From positions 14,201 to 78,200 of the forward strand of contig JBBSWF010000020.1 in the NCBI GenBank assembly GCA_038046365.1: a stretch of 64,000 nt of DNA. The letters are read 5' to 3'. The DNA is from Nanobdellota archaeon (GTDB lineage Archaea > Nanobdellota > Nanobdellia > Woesearchaeales > JAGWAF01). The notes under the pieces are model-generated. The model did not search any database. It was not told where the DNA came from and saw nothing but the letters and a program-made list of their open reading frames with translations. This document shows positions 48,254-58,979 of this stretch, one piece after another. The number at the start of each line of letters is the position of its first letter. The stretch's first letter is position 1. The translations under genes were made by a program, and so were the position numbers.

Positions 48254-48403
48254 CGGTCTCGGATGATTTCGCAAGCGGTAGTATATATACCTTTTCATCA
48301 ATTATCTAAAAGTAGAGATTGGTTGTATGGATATAACGAAAAGATTAAATACTGACTCATATTTAACGAAGATGCGCATATACAACGCGCGGAGAAAACG
48401 AAG

Positions 48404-48595
48404 ATGCAAAAAATCATTTTGGGGGGCCTTGCAGGCTCAGGAATCGTTGCGACACTGATAATATCAGGAATCGGATTGTATGTGACTAACGTCACAAAGG
48501 AAATTGGTATGATCGCAATATCCGGCGGAGTGGGAATAGGAATCCTACTTGGAATCCTTGGAGTGATCGGTGTCCTGAAGCGGGTGGCAGGATAA
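48404..48595 (+). CDS. Small two-TM membrane protein
   Basis: 63 aa with two Gly/Ile-rich hydrophobic segments. Confidence 0.55.
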   Translation: MQKIILGGLAGSGIVATLIISGIGLYVTNVTKEIGMIAISGGVGIGILLGILGVIGVLKRVAG

Positions 48596-48891
48596 ACAAG
48601 AGAGGTCGCCATTAAAGAGAGGGGAGAATCATCCGGAATCGAGTTATCGACATTCTGTCGACAACTGAAATACCCTCAGCAGCGGTACCACAAAAAAGAC
48701 GAAAAAATAAAAAGCACCCCTCACGCTCCCGGATGGTTCAACGGCTTGTATATCAAAGGCCAACTCTTAAAAGCAGTAAGTCCTATTGCCACTCCAAGAT
48801 TTTCTAAAAAAGTGAGCGTGACAGGCAGCGTAAGATACCTCTTCAAGATAATTCTCCTTGTCCGAGGAGTTCGGACTACCAGAGTCGGCAC

Positions 48892-49215
48892 TTAAGGCGA
48901 TGGATCTCCATAACACACATGAAAATGAAGATGCTTTGAATCCTGATATTTTCCTAGGTTAGTAAGTATTCTACAGGATCCATGTTCATTGTTTACTTTC
49001 TTCGCGACCTGTTTGATTACTTCCAAGATCTCAATCACAAGGGGACTATCAGAAATAGTGAGAAGTGATTCGATATGTTCCTTTGGAACAACGACGATGT
49101 GAACAGGCCAGTGAGGCTTAGTATGGTAATATGCCAGAACATTGTCAGTCTCTAATATTTTATTAACCGGTGTTTTCCCACTGAACACTTCATCACAATA
49201 AAAATCATCAGTCAT
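48892..49215 (-). CDS. HIT family protein
   Basis: DFYCDEV, HIVVVPKEH, KHLHFH. Confidence 0.9.
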   Translation of the reverse strand: MTDDFYCDEVFSGKTPVNKILETDNVLAYYHTKPHWPVHIVVVPKEHIESLLTISDSPLVIEILEVIKQVAKKVNNEHGSCRILTNLGKYQDSKHLHFHVCYGDPSP

Positions 49216-49384
49216 GGAATCCGTTATTCGCATTGATTTTTAAATATTGTGCAGGCCCATCTCCGTAGCCAGGAGAATTCTTTAAGTGAATCCCAGATGT
49301 GTTGAGAAGGATTTAGAGTTCGCCACAGAACAAACCCTCAAACAACTTATAAACAAGGATGCCCACCCCAATCACTGAAACGAC

Positions 49385-50218
49385 ATGGACCAGGAATCAG
49401 CTTTAGTGGTCTTCCAGGACAAGAGGATAAGGAGGACGTGGCAAGAAGGAGAATGGTGGTTCTCAATAGAAGATATAGTCTATGCGTTGACTGATTCTAA
49501 GGACCCAAAACAGTACATCCAGAAGATGAAGCAACGGGATGAGCCCCTATCCGAAGGGTGGGTACAGATTGTACATACCCTTCCTATGCAGACCGAAGGC
49601 GGCGTCCAACTGATGAACAGCGTAAATGTCAAAGGAGCGTTTAGGGTCATCCAGTCCATCCCATCTAGCAAAGCCGAACCATTCAAGATATGGCTTGCCA
49701 AAGTAGGATATGAGCGGGTCCAGGAGATCGAGAACCCGGAACTGGCACAGGAGAGGATGAAGGAACTCTACGAACAGAAAGGATACTCAAAAGAATGGAT
49801 CGAGAAGAGATTGAGAGGCATCGCAGTACGGCAGGAACTGACAGGCGAATGGAAACAGAGAGGAGCGGACGAGAACAAGGAGTATGCCATACTCACCAAT
49901 GAGATCAGCCAGGCGACCTTCGGAAAGACAGTCGATGAATACAAACAGCTCAAAGGCCTGAACAAAGAGAACCTGCGCGACCACATGGACGACCTTGAAC
50001 TGATATTCACGATGCTAGGGGAAAAGGTAACGACCGAGATCACAAAGAAAGACGACGCGCAAGGATTCCCTGAATGCAAAGACGCCGCGCACCGAGGCGG
50101 ACGGGTCGCAGGCAGCGCCAGAAAAGACGCCGAGAAAGAGATAGGCAGGGATATCTCGACACCAGAGAACTACCTCGACGCGCCAGAGAAAGAGAAAAGG
50201 AAGAGGATAGGGAAATAG
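49385..50218 (+). CDS. Bro-N domain (BRO family) protein
   Basis: IRRTWQEGEWWFSIED, RVIQSIPSSKAEPFKIWLA.VG.ER, NLRDHM. Confidence 0.9.
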   Translation: MDQESALVVFQDKRIRRTWQEGEWWFSIEDIVYALTDSKDPKQYIQKMKQRDEPLSEGWVQIVHTLPMQTEGGVQLMNSVNVKGAFRVIQSIPSSKAEPFKIWLAKVGYERVQEIENPELAQERMKELYEQKGYSKEWIEKRLRGIAVRQELTGEWKQRGADENKEYAILTNEISQATFGKTVDEYKQLKGLNKENLRDHMDDLELIFTMLGEKVTTEITKKDDAQGFPECKDAAHRGGRVAGSARKDAEKEIGRDISTPENYLDAPEKEKRKRIGK

Positions 50219-50393
50219 TGGATCCTACCCACAGATCATGGCGAGCATATCACAGAAAGTCATCTTCAATAATTAAGGGAAAGGATATTCTCATTCACGA
50301 GTTCTAGTGTTACAGGAGCCATATACACCTAGAAACCCCTATCTTTTAAATACCTTGCGCGGTAAAGCATCAAAAGACAATATGACTATCACC

Positions 50394-50407
50394 TAAGTGA
50401 TCACTTA
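50394..50407. promoter_or_regulatory. 14-bp perfect palindrome (candidate operator)
   Basis: TAAGTGATCACTTA upstream of the small RHH gene. Confidence 0.5.
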
Positions 50408-50448
50408 ATCGCTGAATAATAAGACCGAATAAATAGGAGGAAACCACA

Positions 50449-50610
50449 ATGGCAGCCACACCAAAAGACCAACAGAAGATACAACTAGACTATCGGATCG
50501 ACAGAGACGCATACAACCAGTTCGTCAAAGCATGCAGCGCCAAAGGATACGCCCCGCAAGTCGTAGTAGAGAGGTTGATGAAGAAGTATATAGAGACTGG
50601 GCAGATGTAG
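50449..50610 (+). CDS. Small ribbon-helix-helix protein (53 aa, absent from the ORF track)
   Basis: AGGAGG RBS; MAATPKDQQKIQLDYRIDRDAYNQFVKACSAKGYAPQVVVERLMKKYIETGQM. Confidence 0.75.
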   Translation: MAATPKDQQKIQLDYRIDRDAYNQFVKACSAKGYAPQVVVERLMKKYIETGQM

Positions 50611-51041
50611 TTTTACTCGAAAAGGGGACAATCGGGAGCCAAAATGAAAATTGCAATCGACGGCAAGAGTTTGCACGATATCAAGATGAAGCTAAAGAGC
50701 AGCAATACCTCCACTACCCCCCTGATCTCCTACCCAGAAAATCGCATAAAAGCCAGCGTCAATAAGGAGATAGTGACACTGATGCTTCCTCCATTGCTGG
50801 CACTCGAATTATTCAGGTTAGGGGTTCTACAATCTAAAGAACTACGTTATATCAGTCAAACTCCAGGGAAAGGATTTGGGATCCTTCCGCTTCGAGGATT
50901 TAAGACATCCAGATCAGTTATATGACGACGGGCTTGTCGAGGTCATGCTCGCTAAGTACCAAAGGACATGAATGATGACCAAAATCAGGGCGGAGTGAGC
51001 GAACGAACATATTTATACATCCTAAACTGTCGGAGGGGCTA

Positions 51042-51794
51042 ATGGAATGCATACCAAAAGATAAGCTCAAAGAGATCGTGAATGAACAGGAATTATCTGA
51101 ACTGCTCCTATACCCCGCGATCTTCCCAAACGCTGAATTCATCCTCGAACATGAATTCCCGGAATATCGCGTGATTGACGCGTATTGCGTCAACCCTGAA
51201 TGCAAATGCGAAGAGGTAGCATTGTATTTCACGAAAAAGCAAGGCGATGAGCTTAAACACGAATTTTCCTTCGTGTTTGAATATATACATCATGACGTGC
51301 TCGCCTGTGACGATATCCCAGATCATGAAGCCGCCGAGATAATAAAAAAGATTCCCACTACAACAATTGACGATATCAAGAAGAGACGCGAGCAACTCAG
51401 ACTTGCTGTACTCGAAGAGATGTCGATCAAACTAGAGAGCCATAAAAACACAGCGAAAAGGAAATTAGGCCGTAATGAACTCTGCCATTGCGGCTCAGGC
51501 ATCAAGTACAAGAAATGCTGCCTGAAGATGGACATCGAGAAGAACGGCAAACCCATGATGATCCTGGACCCTGAATCAGGTGAGGAAGACAGCTTCTGGC
51601 AGAAAGGCTCGTTCGCCCAATCAGTCAGCAAGGAGGATATGGAGAGAAAAAACCGCACGATCCACATGAGCCATGATGAAGATATGGACTTCGACTGCAA
51701 GAAGTGCGACACTAAGATATCCGCGCACAACAAGGACTGGCATGACGGCATGTGCGACGAGTGCTTCGATAAAACCTACTTCAGGGACCGATAA
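51042..51794 (+). CDS. SEC-C metal-binding motif protein
   Basis: YCVNPECKC; KLGRNELCHCGSGIKYKKCC; C-terminal CKKC..H..CDEC. Confidence 0.85.
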   Translation: MECIPKDKLKEIVNEQELSELLLYPAIFPNAEFILEHEFPEYRVIDAYCVNPECKCEEVALYFTKKQGDELKHEFSFVFEYIHHDVLACDDIPDHEAAEIIKKIPTTTIDDIKKRREQLRLAVLEEMSIKLESHKNTAKRKLGRNELCHCGSGIKYKKCCLKMDIEKNGKPMMILDPESGEEDSFWQKGSFAQSVSKEDMERKNRTIHMSHDEDMDFDCKKCDTKISAHNKDWHDGMCDECFDKTYFRDR

Positions 51795-51799
51795 ACAAG

Positions 51800-52213
51800 A
51801 TGGACATCCTGGAAAAAATCAGAAAAGTCGAGGCCTTGATCGAGCGCGCCGGGACAGAAGGCGAGAAGCAGTCAGCAATCCAGGCCCGAGAAAGGCTACT
51901 GAAGTCAAAAATTGATGAAGAGCTAGAATATACTATCCACATACAGGACATGTGGCATAAAAAGCTGTTTCTCGCAATCTGCCATAAGCACAATCTGAAA
52001 CCATATCGGTATCATAGACAGAAATACACCACTGCGATGGTGCGGATAAGCAAATCGTTTTTAGACACCATAGTCTGGCCTGAGTACCTTAGATTCGCTA
52101 AAATACTTGAAGAACTCGTCGATGAGATCACCGCAGAGGTCATCTCCAAAATCCACAAGGATGAAACCGAGACCGTGATAGATGGAGAACTGAGCGGGCC
52201 GGACAGCAACTAG
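51800..52213 (+). CDS. Conserved hypothetical protein
   Basis: KIRKVEALIERAGTEGEKQSA; LF.AIC.K..LKPYRY.RQKYTT. Confidence 0.7.
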   Translation: MDILEKIRKVEALIERAGTEGEKQSAIQARERLLKSKIDEELEYTIHIQDMWHKKLFLAICHKHNLKPYRYHRQKYTTAMVRISKSFLDTIVWPEYLRFAKILEELVDEITAEVISKIHKDETETVIDGELSGPDSN

Positions 52214-52223
52214 AGGGGACTCC

Positions 52224-53234
52224 ATGAACAAAGAAGAAGCATATGATTATGCATACCGCCTTTATGAAGATGGAAATAATTCTGAGGCGATTACCGTATT
52301 AGAAGGGCTTTGCCGCGAACATCCAGAATTTCTTGACGCATTGAATCTATACGCAGGCTGCCTTATCAATATCTCTCATTTCATAGACGCAACGAGAATA
52401 CTGATGAATGCTGAAAAAATAGACCCCGAAAGTCCGGAGATAAAATATAATCTGGGCTATGCCTTGCTATGCGCAGGCCGTGTCTCAGATGCGATGAGAT
52501 ACTTTGAAGAGTCGTTAAAGATGAACCCCCAGACAGAGGCCAAAAAGATGGCGGAACGCATGCTCAAGGAACGGCAAGACTTTGAAAAGAATATTGAGAA
52601 CAATTACCCAATCTCTTTGGAAGAAGAGTTTGAATGCTATGATAATTTCCTCAAGGCCCAGAGATTCCTATATTCAAAGAAAGAGGAAAAGGCCATTGAG
52701 ATCTACATGAAAATCCTAGAAAAGAAGCCGGATCATCCTGAAACGATCCATAATATCGGCACAGCTTACTTTAATCTGAGCCAGTATGAGAAGGCGCTTG
52801 AATTCTTTGAAAAATTGGGAAAGAAGGATTCATTAGCGCTCGCTAATCTCGCGATCACCTATTCGAAACTCGGCAATACAAGAAAAAAAGAAGAATGCCT
52901 AGAGATTCTCAGAAGAGAAAAAGACGATCCGTCAGTGAGGGATGCAGTAAGAATCATCACAGCCTTAATTGAGATTGGTGAACAATCCATCGCTAAGGAT
53001 ATCCTGAACAGACTCAGAAAAAAGACACAACATCCCCAACTTGAATTCTTGCATGCAGTGATACTGGCGAAAGAAGGCGATTGGAAGAACGCAAAGAATC
53101 TGTTTCGGAAGTTAAGCGATCTTTCAGATAGATGCATCGAATACTACGAAGCCACAGACCAGCTAAGCCAAGGCAAGATAACAGAATACGATTTTAAACC
53201 AGGTCTCATCTTTTGTGATATCCAATCAATCTAA
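52224..53234 (+). CDS. Tetratricopeptide repeat protein
   Basis: Repeated YNLG/HNIG..Y..A..F TPR units. Confidence 0.88.
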   Translation: MNKEEAYDYAYRLYEDGNNSEAITVLEGLCREHPEFLDALNLYAGCLINISHFIDATRILMNAEKIDPESPEIKYNLGYALLCAGRVSDAMRYFEESLKMNPQTEAKKMAERMLKERQDFEKNIENNYPISLEEEFECYDNFLKAQRFLYSKKEEKAIEIYMKILEKKPDHPETIHNIGTAYFNLSQYEKALEFFEKLGKKDSLALANLAITYSKLGNTRKKEECLEILRREKDDPSVRDAVRIITALIEIGEQSIAKDILNRLRKKTQHPQLEFLHAVILAKEGDWKNAKNLFRKLSDLSDRCIEYYEATDQLSQGKITEYDFKPGLIFCDIQSI

Positions 53235-53246
53235 ACAGGTGGAACC

Positions 53247-54686
53247 ATGAAAATCGACGAGGTATACAGCGAGAGAGTCATCGAACGCGGCGAAGACTAC
53301 ATAGGCAATGTGAAATCATGCATCAAAGCGAACGGATCACTCTTCGCCGAAGTGCATGGAAGCCGCTTATACAAGACCAAAGTCAACCTGGCAAGCCTTG
53401 AAGGGGAATGCTCATGCCCCTACCAGCATAACTGCAAACACGCAGTCGCAGCATACATCTACCACAAGAAAGGGCACAGCGTCAACGCTGATGATTTCCT
53501 CAAAAACCTTGAAAAGCTCGACAAGAAAGAACTCATCCGGATCATCACGAACGTCCTGCCGGGCAATCCGGAATTGGCCACCGACTACGTCTTTAGGAAA
53601 AAGACCAGCTTTGAGTCATTAGTCGATGATCTAATCGAAAAATTCACAATAAGAAAGATGGATCAGATAGAGAAGAACCTCGACCGCCTCAATTTCGAAC
53701 AGCTCTATAATATACTGGAATTCATTGAGAAAGAGGCGGACACGATATTCGAAAACGCCTCCGATGAATTCGAAGGATACAACGGGTACGGATATGACGA
53801 TGAAGGCCAGTTCCTTGACGAATTCACCGAAAAAGTGACAGAAGAAGCCATGAAAAGAATAGACTCAAAAGAAAAGCTAAATGCCGCGATACACCAAAGA
53901 CTCCTCCGCGCGGAAATGATCAATCATGCCGAGCAATTCTACCACCGCAGAGACCAGATCAAGAGCCAGATCTCCCGGCAAGAATACTGCGATTTCCTGC
54001 TAAACTGCAAGAATCCTGACGTCAAAGAGCTCAAGGAGAGCATTGTACCTGAATCAATCGACCGCCTCCCGCGCCTACCACTGAAAAACCTCCATCTGGC
54101 AGAAAAGCTGGCCCCTCTCCTTAAGAATGATGATATCTATTTCATGATATCATACCAGAAAGAAGATCTCTTCGGGATGATCCGGCGTATAGACCGATTA
54201 GACCCACTCATAAGAAAATACCTGCCTATACGCGCATCCAAGATAGTTGATATGATGAAAAGAAAAAAGACTGCTGACAAGAAAACCATCCGTATCTTAT
54301 TCAATAGGAGACATCTTGAGGGCTACACTCCAAAACAGATAGAATACTTAGCCAAACAGGTAGAGAACACCACGATACTCCGGGATACTCTAGATATGAG
54401 CCGGAAGTTCTCAAATGCAATCCCGATAATCAACAGGTTGGCCCATCTCGGGATCGACATTAAAAAGATATTCCAAAAGGAAGACCTCCTGGAAACAAAG
54501 CATTGGACAGAGATCATTGAGATCATAAGATACATCAAGGACAATCTCGGAAAGGATTATCTCGCTAATTTCATCAAGACGCACAAAAGAAGCTTCGCTA
54601 CCTCATCAACACTCAAACACAACCTAAAAAAAGAAGGGATATGCATACAAGACAGAAAAGGAAAATTCGAGGTAGATATGACATGA
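53247..54686 (+). CDS. SWIM zinc finger protein
   Basis: RG.DY, AEVHGSRLY, CSCPY..NCKHAVA. Confidence 0.88.
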   Translation: MKIDEVYSERVIERGEDYIGNVKSCIKANGSLFAEVHGSRLYKTKVNLASLEGECSCPYQHNCKHAVAAYIYHKKGHSVNADDFLKNLEKLDKKELIRIITNVLPGNPELATDYVFRKKTSFESLVDDLIEKFTIRKMDQIEKNLDRLNFEQLYNILEFIEKEADTIFENASDEFEGYNGYGYDDEGQFLDEFTEKVTEEAMKRIDSKEKLNAAIHQRLLRAEMINHAEQFYHRRDQIKSQISRQEYCDFLLNCKNPDVKELKESIVPESIDRLPRLPLKNLHLAEKLAPLLKNDDIYFMISYQKEDLFGMIRRIDRLDPLIRKYLPIRASKIVDMMKRKKTADKKTIRILFNRRHLEGYTPKQIEYLAKQVENTTILRDTLDMSRKFSNAIPIINRLAHLGIDIKKIFQKEDLLETKHWTEIIEIIRYIKDNLGKDYLANFIKTHKRSFATSSTLKHNLKKEGICIQDRKGKFEVDMT

Positions 54687-54861
54687 TAACCAACAACAGC
54701 CCAAACTGCCGCATCTGCGGAGGAAAGGACGCTGAAAAAGACCTATGCCTATTATCATGCCTCTGCTCGATAAGACAACCAAGGCCAGAATGAAGCACCG
54801 GATCGACAGGATGATAGAACTGAGAATAATGCATAAAGAGAGCAATAACAAATCACATTGA
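54683..54861 (+). pseudogene. Collapsed remnant paralogous to 44565-44887
   Basis: MITNNSPNCRICGGKDAEKDLC then, in another frame, PIIMPLLDKTTKARMKHRIDRMIELR. Confidence 0.55.
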
Positions 54862-54912
54862 TTATTGAACTACAGATAATGCAATCCGCTATAACATGAA
54901 AAACGGAAGAAA

Positions 54913-55281
54913 ATGACAGCCTCCCCGTTAATGGACGTGCTAGAAACCCTCCTTGCCAAGGAAAAAAAGACCAAGGAATTCAGAAAGCGCCTGCGATTGA
55001 GAGGAAAAGTCACGGCGAAAGCAATGACCAAGAGTAACAACATCAGCCTGACTGTCGAAAAAGACAAAGAGGAATACAAGTTTACGATACTGAGATCCCA
55101 CAAGGAGCGCTATTCGCTCGCTGAGAAAATACGCACAGGACAGAGCGTATCGATAGACGGCATCCCAAAGTTCAAATGGATCATATGCACACGCCTCAAG
55201 ATCCTCGAGAAGGGGATCGCGGAAGGAAGACAGGAGAAGCTAGCGGGATTCTTAAACCAAGAACAAACACAATCCCTCTGA
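54913..55281 (+). CDS. Small OB-fold-like hypothetical protein
   Basis: LRGKV..K..TKS.N, G..VSIDG beta-strand pattern. Confidence 0.55.
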   Translation: MTASPLMDVLETLLAKEKKTKEFRKRLRLRGKVTAKAMTKSNNISLTVEKDKEEYKFTILRSHKERYSLAEKIRTGQSVSIDGIPKFKWIICTRLKILEKGIAEGRQEKLAGFLNQEQTQSL

Positions 55282-55289
55282 GGGAAAAA

Positions 55290-56555
55290 ATGGATAAAAA
55301 CCAACAACCCAAATTCAGACCCATGCGAAACTGGCTGCCGATCATGATAGCACTGATCGTGTGCTCTTCAGCTGTGATTACCTCCTGCGCGAAAGAGCCG
55401 CAGACAAGGATACTCTCTGAATCAGAAGTGAAAGCGCTAGGAGTGGAACCCATCGCCGACACGGAGCCCGCTGCGCCGAAGGCGACCGCCAAAGAGAAGA
55501 ACCAAACAAAACAACCAGAAATCACTGACCAAAGCGGACAGGAGATCCCCTCCGAAGAAACCCAAGCGGCTCCATCAAGCGAGAAGAACAAGACATCCTC
55601 TGACGAGAACAACTCGACATCGGAAACCTATCCTGCCGAGCCGGCGCAAAAGCAGAGGGAACTCACGCACAGGCCCAAAAGAAAAGATGGAGCAGAACTC
55701 CTTTACAAGCCCACATCCCCCGCCAGCGCCCAGAACCCTGCCTTCTCTCCAGACGGCAAGGAGATACTGTTCACCTTGTTCCACAACGGATACAACGAAG
55801 GCCCAGCAGGACTGTATAAGATAGACATAGAGACAGGGGAAGTAACCAAGATATTCGAGGAACCGAACCAAGACGCAGTGAACCTGCCTGGATCGAGCTG
55901 GAACAAGAACGGAAGGATTGCGTTCTCATCAGACAGGCAGGGAAGAGAATCGATATGGACTGTAGGCGCAGACGGAAAAGACCCTCTGCGGGCAAGCTCG
56001 CCGCCATCCGGGAAATACCACATCGAACCAAGCATGTCACCAGACGGGAAATGGGTGGTGTATGAAGAGAACAACGACACCGAAGAGATAGGCAAACGAG
56101 GCATGATATACAAAGAACTCATCGGGGGCGGCGAGAGAAAGAACCTCACAGACGGGCCAGGCAAAGGATACGACGACAGACAGCCAAACTGGTCGCCAAA
56201 AGGAGACAGGATAGCGTACCAGCGAAGAGTCGGAAACAGCGATGAGTGGAACATATATACCGTGGATACCGAAGGCGGAGATGAGAAAACAGTAACTACC
56301 TACGGAGAAGACACAGACGCGAGCTGGTCAAGCGATGGTGAGCGGATAGTGTATTCATCCACTGACGGCGGCCTTGATTCACCTAGCATATTCACCATAC
56401 CTGCGGATGGCGGAAGCCCGACCCGCGTGACTGAACAGAAAGGAGACTCTGACTCGGCACCGTCATACTCACCTGATAACCGGCGGATAGCCTTCGAGTC
56501 ACACAGGGCGGATAACGAAGAATCACCTGCATCGATATGGATAATAGAGGCGTGA
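55290..56555 (+). CDS. TolB-like beta-propeller (PD40 repeat) lipoprotein
   Basis: Signal peptide ending ITSC; repeated P.(F/W)SPDG..I.(F/Y) blades. Confidence 0.88.
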   Translation: MDKNQQPKFRPMRNWLPIMIALIVCSSAVITSCAKEPQTRILSESEVKALGVEPIADTEPAAPKATAKEKNQTKQPEITDQSGQEIPSEETQAAPSSEKNKTSSDENNSTSETYPAEPAQKQRELTHRPKRKDGAELLYKPTSPASAQNPAFSPDGKEILFTLFHNGYNEGPAGLYKIDIETGEVTKIFEEPNQDAVNLPGSSWNKNGRIAFSSDRQGRESIWTVGADGKDPLRASSPPSGKYHIEPSMSPDGKWVVYEENNDTEEIGKRGMIYKELIGGGERKNLTDGPGKGYDDRQPNWSPKGDRIAYQRRVGNSDEWNIYTVDTEGGDEKTVTTYGEDTDASWSSDGERIVYSSTDGGLDSPSIFTIPADGGSPTRVTEQKGDSDSAPSYSPDNRRIAFESHRADNEESPASIWIIEA

Positions 56556-56576
56556 GCATAGAAGCGACTGGCGCCA

Positions 56577-56831
56577 TCACCTTTCATGACAATATTCCAT
56601 CCAGACTTTCTTGAAAAATGGAAGGCTCAACGTAGAAATTATGAAACCTACAGCCGGAACAATCGCGTTAAACCACGGAGATGGAGCATCGATCGACCAA
56701 AGGAAGACGACCACCACCGCATAAGTCATCAACGCGATGAGCGACCGCCTCGTTACGCTCGTCTCCCAGGCCTTATCCGCTTCGACCCGCTTATTCCTCT
56801 CTTTGATCCGTTCGAGGTCTTCTCTCATCAC
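56577..56831 (-). CDS. Small membrane protein
   Basis: IKERNKRVEADKAWETS.TRR followed by two TM helices. Confidence 0.75.
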   Translation of the reverse strand: MMREDLERIKERNKRVEADKAWETSVTRRSLIALMTYAVVVVFLWSIDAPSPWFNAIVPAVGFIISTLSLPFFKKVWMEYCHER

Positions 56832-56888
56832 CGATCAAAGGAGCGTCGGGCCTTAAATGCTTTGCCCTGGCTGAATCGCCATCAGGAT

Positions 56889-58727
56889 TCACCTTATCTT
56901 TGAAGTCATATCCCTCCAATAATCCCTAAGAGGAGCGCCTGAGCCTCCAGACGCCGGCGTCCTCGCAATAGCGACCATGCGCATCCGACCGTTAGATGGA
57001 TCATACACACAGTCATATCCTTTGAGGTTCGAAGGATCGAGACGATAGGCAAACAAGTCACACATGGTCTTTTGCGTGGCTGGATCGACGACAGCCACCC
57101 CATCGTAGGCCAGGGCAGTGACATCGATGAAACCATCGAAGAACACGTCTCTCTCAAGGACCCCGAAATAGTAACGGTTAGGACCGTGGAGGATGAACAA
57201 GCCGCTGAACTGGCTGATATTCGCAAGCGGATCCTGGAACTGCTTCCTTGAAGCAGTGTCCACAAAAGAGCGCAGATTAGCCATCGGCTGGGTGATCTGA
57301 GTCTCTGCTGACATCTTCAAGACAGGCTTTGACACAGGAGACGACAACGCCGCCGCGCCACTGGGCGTTGAAGAATAGGATGTCGATGAGATGATCGATT
57401 GCAGGCCATGATTGTACGCGAGCGCCTGACTCGGGCCCGGATTGGAGACAAAGAGGCCCAAGATGCTCTGCCACAGCGTAGCGTACCAAGCCTGCGAAGA
57501 GCAATCATGGAACCGGCCGTCATCGATCGCGGCAGAGTTGCATGTGGTCTCTTCGAGGCCCAAAGCCTTCAGGAAACTACGATCAGGATCATCAACAGGG
57601 ATATTGAGCGAAGTCCCGAAACCAGTCTTAACCCCGCCGATCCGGATCACACAGAAGTTATTGACGCAAGGGATGACCGCCCCGTCACGCACACAGCCGG
57701 CCTCGATAAAACTCTTCAGAGATCCGGCGCCAAGAGTCAGAGGATCGTAATCGACGAAGTTGAGAGCGTCTTTGTAATCACCACAGAACAGAGCATAATC
57801 ATTGGGAGACTGGATCTGGGCAGAGTCTATCATCTCAAGAGCCAGAGCCTTGGACCGGCTAGTCCAACTGCCTTCTATACACAAGTAATCCATGATATAC
57901 TGGCCGTCAGCCAAGCAGACAGGCTGACCAAGGGGATTGTCCTTTGAGGAGAAATACCGGCCTGGCAGGTAGTTGCTGGCCTCAGAACCTCTGGGGTTCC
58001 ACAAGCAATCAGTAGCGCGCGGACAGAATCCACGCCCGAAACGATCAGGAGTGTACTTGAGCGAAGTGGCCTGGCAGCATATCTTGTTACGGAAACTCGA
58101 GCCGCAGGCAGCGATGTGCGAGTCGACCGTGTCAGCCACAGCGCCCAAACAGACCTCACTCGAGCCGCACTGAGACCCGACCATCTCCACCCTGCATGTC
58201 AGTATCGAATTCTTTGATGAAAGACAAAGAGGGGACGGGTTGGGGATCGTCGCCGCCAAGCCAGGCAATAGCACATGATCGTCGTCAGTAGAGTAGGCAA
58301 GCAAGAACGGCTGCGCGAGATTCGACCCCCCGCATTGAGTGCTCAGCTCGCCTGAACCCGAGGCACAGCACATGGAGTAAGGATTGGCCTGCTTCAGATC
58401 CGTCTTGAAGATGTGAGATTCCGATGGATCGGACAACGCGTAGACAAATGTCTCTCCTGGGACGCAGCCGCCCTGGCGGAGAGCGCACGACAAGTCAGGC
58501 GCGGGATCACTCACGGCAAAACCCATGATGGCACTTGAGAAGGATCGACCGCTGATGGTAAATGGACGCGACGGGCCTGGATAGAATGAATCATCGATAC
58601 CTCCCCCTAGGACAGAGAGCACCGCGGAGATCGAGACGATGACCAGTATAGATACCATGAATAAGGTCAATCCAGAGATCTCTATATGTTCAGTCTTTGA
58701 ACACCCCTTGCTTCCTAGAGTAGCCAT
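56889..58727 (-). CDS. Membrane-anchored Cys-rich extracellular protein
   Basis: N-terminal TM helix, many Cys pairs, C-terminal W..MTSKIR. Confidence 0.75.
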   Translation of the reverse strand: MATLGSKGCSKTEHIEISGLTLFMVSILVIVSISAVLSVLGGGIDDSFYPGPSRPFTISGRSFSSAIMGFAVSDPAPDLSCALRQGGCVPGETFVYALSDPSESHIFKTDLKQANPYSMCCASGSGELSTQCGGSNLAQPFLLAYSTDDDHVLLPGLAATIPNPSPLCLSSKNSILTCRVEMVGSQCGSSEVCLGAVADTVDSHIAACGSSFRNKICCQATSLKYTPDRFGRGFCPRATDCLWNPRGSEASNYLPGRYFSSKDNPLGQPVCLADGQYIMDYLCIEGSWTSRSKALALEMIDSAQIQSPNDYALFCGDYKDALNFVDYDPLTLGAGSLKSFIEAGCVRDGAVIPCVNNFCVIRIGGVKTGFGTSLNIPVDDPDRSFLKALGLEETTCNSAAIDDGRFHDCSSQAWYATLWQSILGLFVSNPGPSQALAYNHGLQSIISSTSYSSTPSGAAALSSPVSKPVLKMSAETQITQPMANLRSFVDTASRKQFQDPLANISQFSGLFILHGPNRYYFGVLERDVFFDGFIDVTALAYDGVAVVDPATQKTMCDLFAYRLDPSNLKGYDCVYDPSNGRMRMVAIARTPASGGSGAPLRDYWRDMTSKIR

Positions 58728-58979
58728 TGGAATCGCCTATGTCTGATTCTCCAATTCACGGTATAATAAGGTTTCCGGAATCCATGACTCCGGACCGCCC
58801 AGAGAAAGATCAGCAACCTCCATTGGCTGGAGAAATGAAAACTCACAAAGTTATGTTTCTTCTCCAATTTTGGGATGAAAATTGCCCAGTTTCTATAATT
58901 ATTTATCGACGATAAAAGCCACTAGACCTCCAATTTTGGAATCTGTCCCACCACAGAAATATCAGCATTGGTAGTTTAT

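Noticed and set aside
50644-50925. 93-aa ORF after the RHH gene as a toxin
   Set aside because: No toxin motif or family resemblance; cannot be supported as a CDS.
58745-58945. CTCCAATTTTGG-like repeats as Orc1/Cdc6 origin recognition boxes
   Set aside because: They lack the TCCA.TGGAAA core and G-string of ORBs, and no cdc6 gene is nearby; at most transcription-factor sites.
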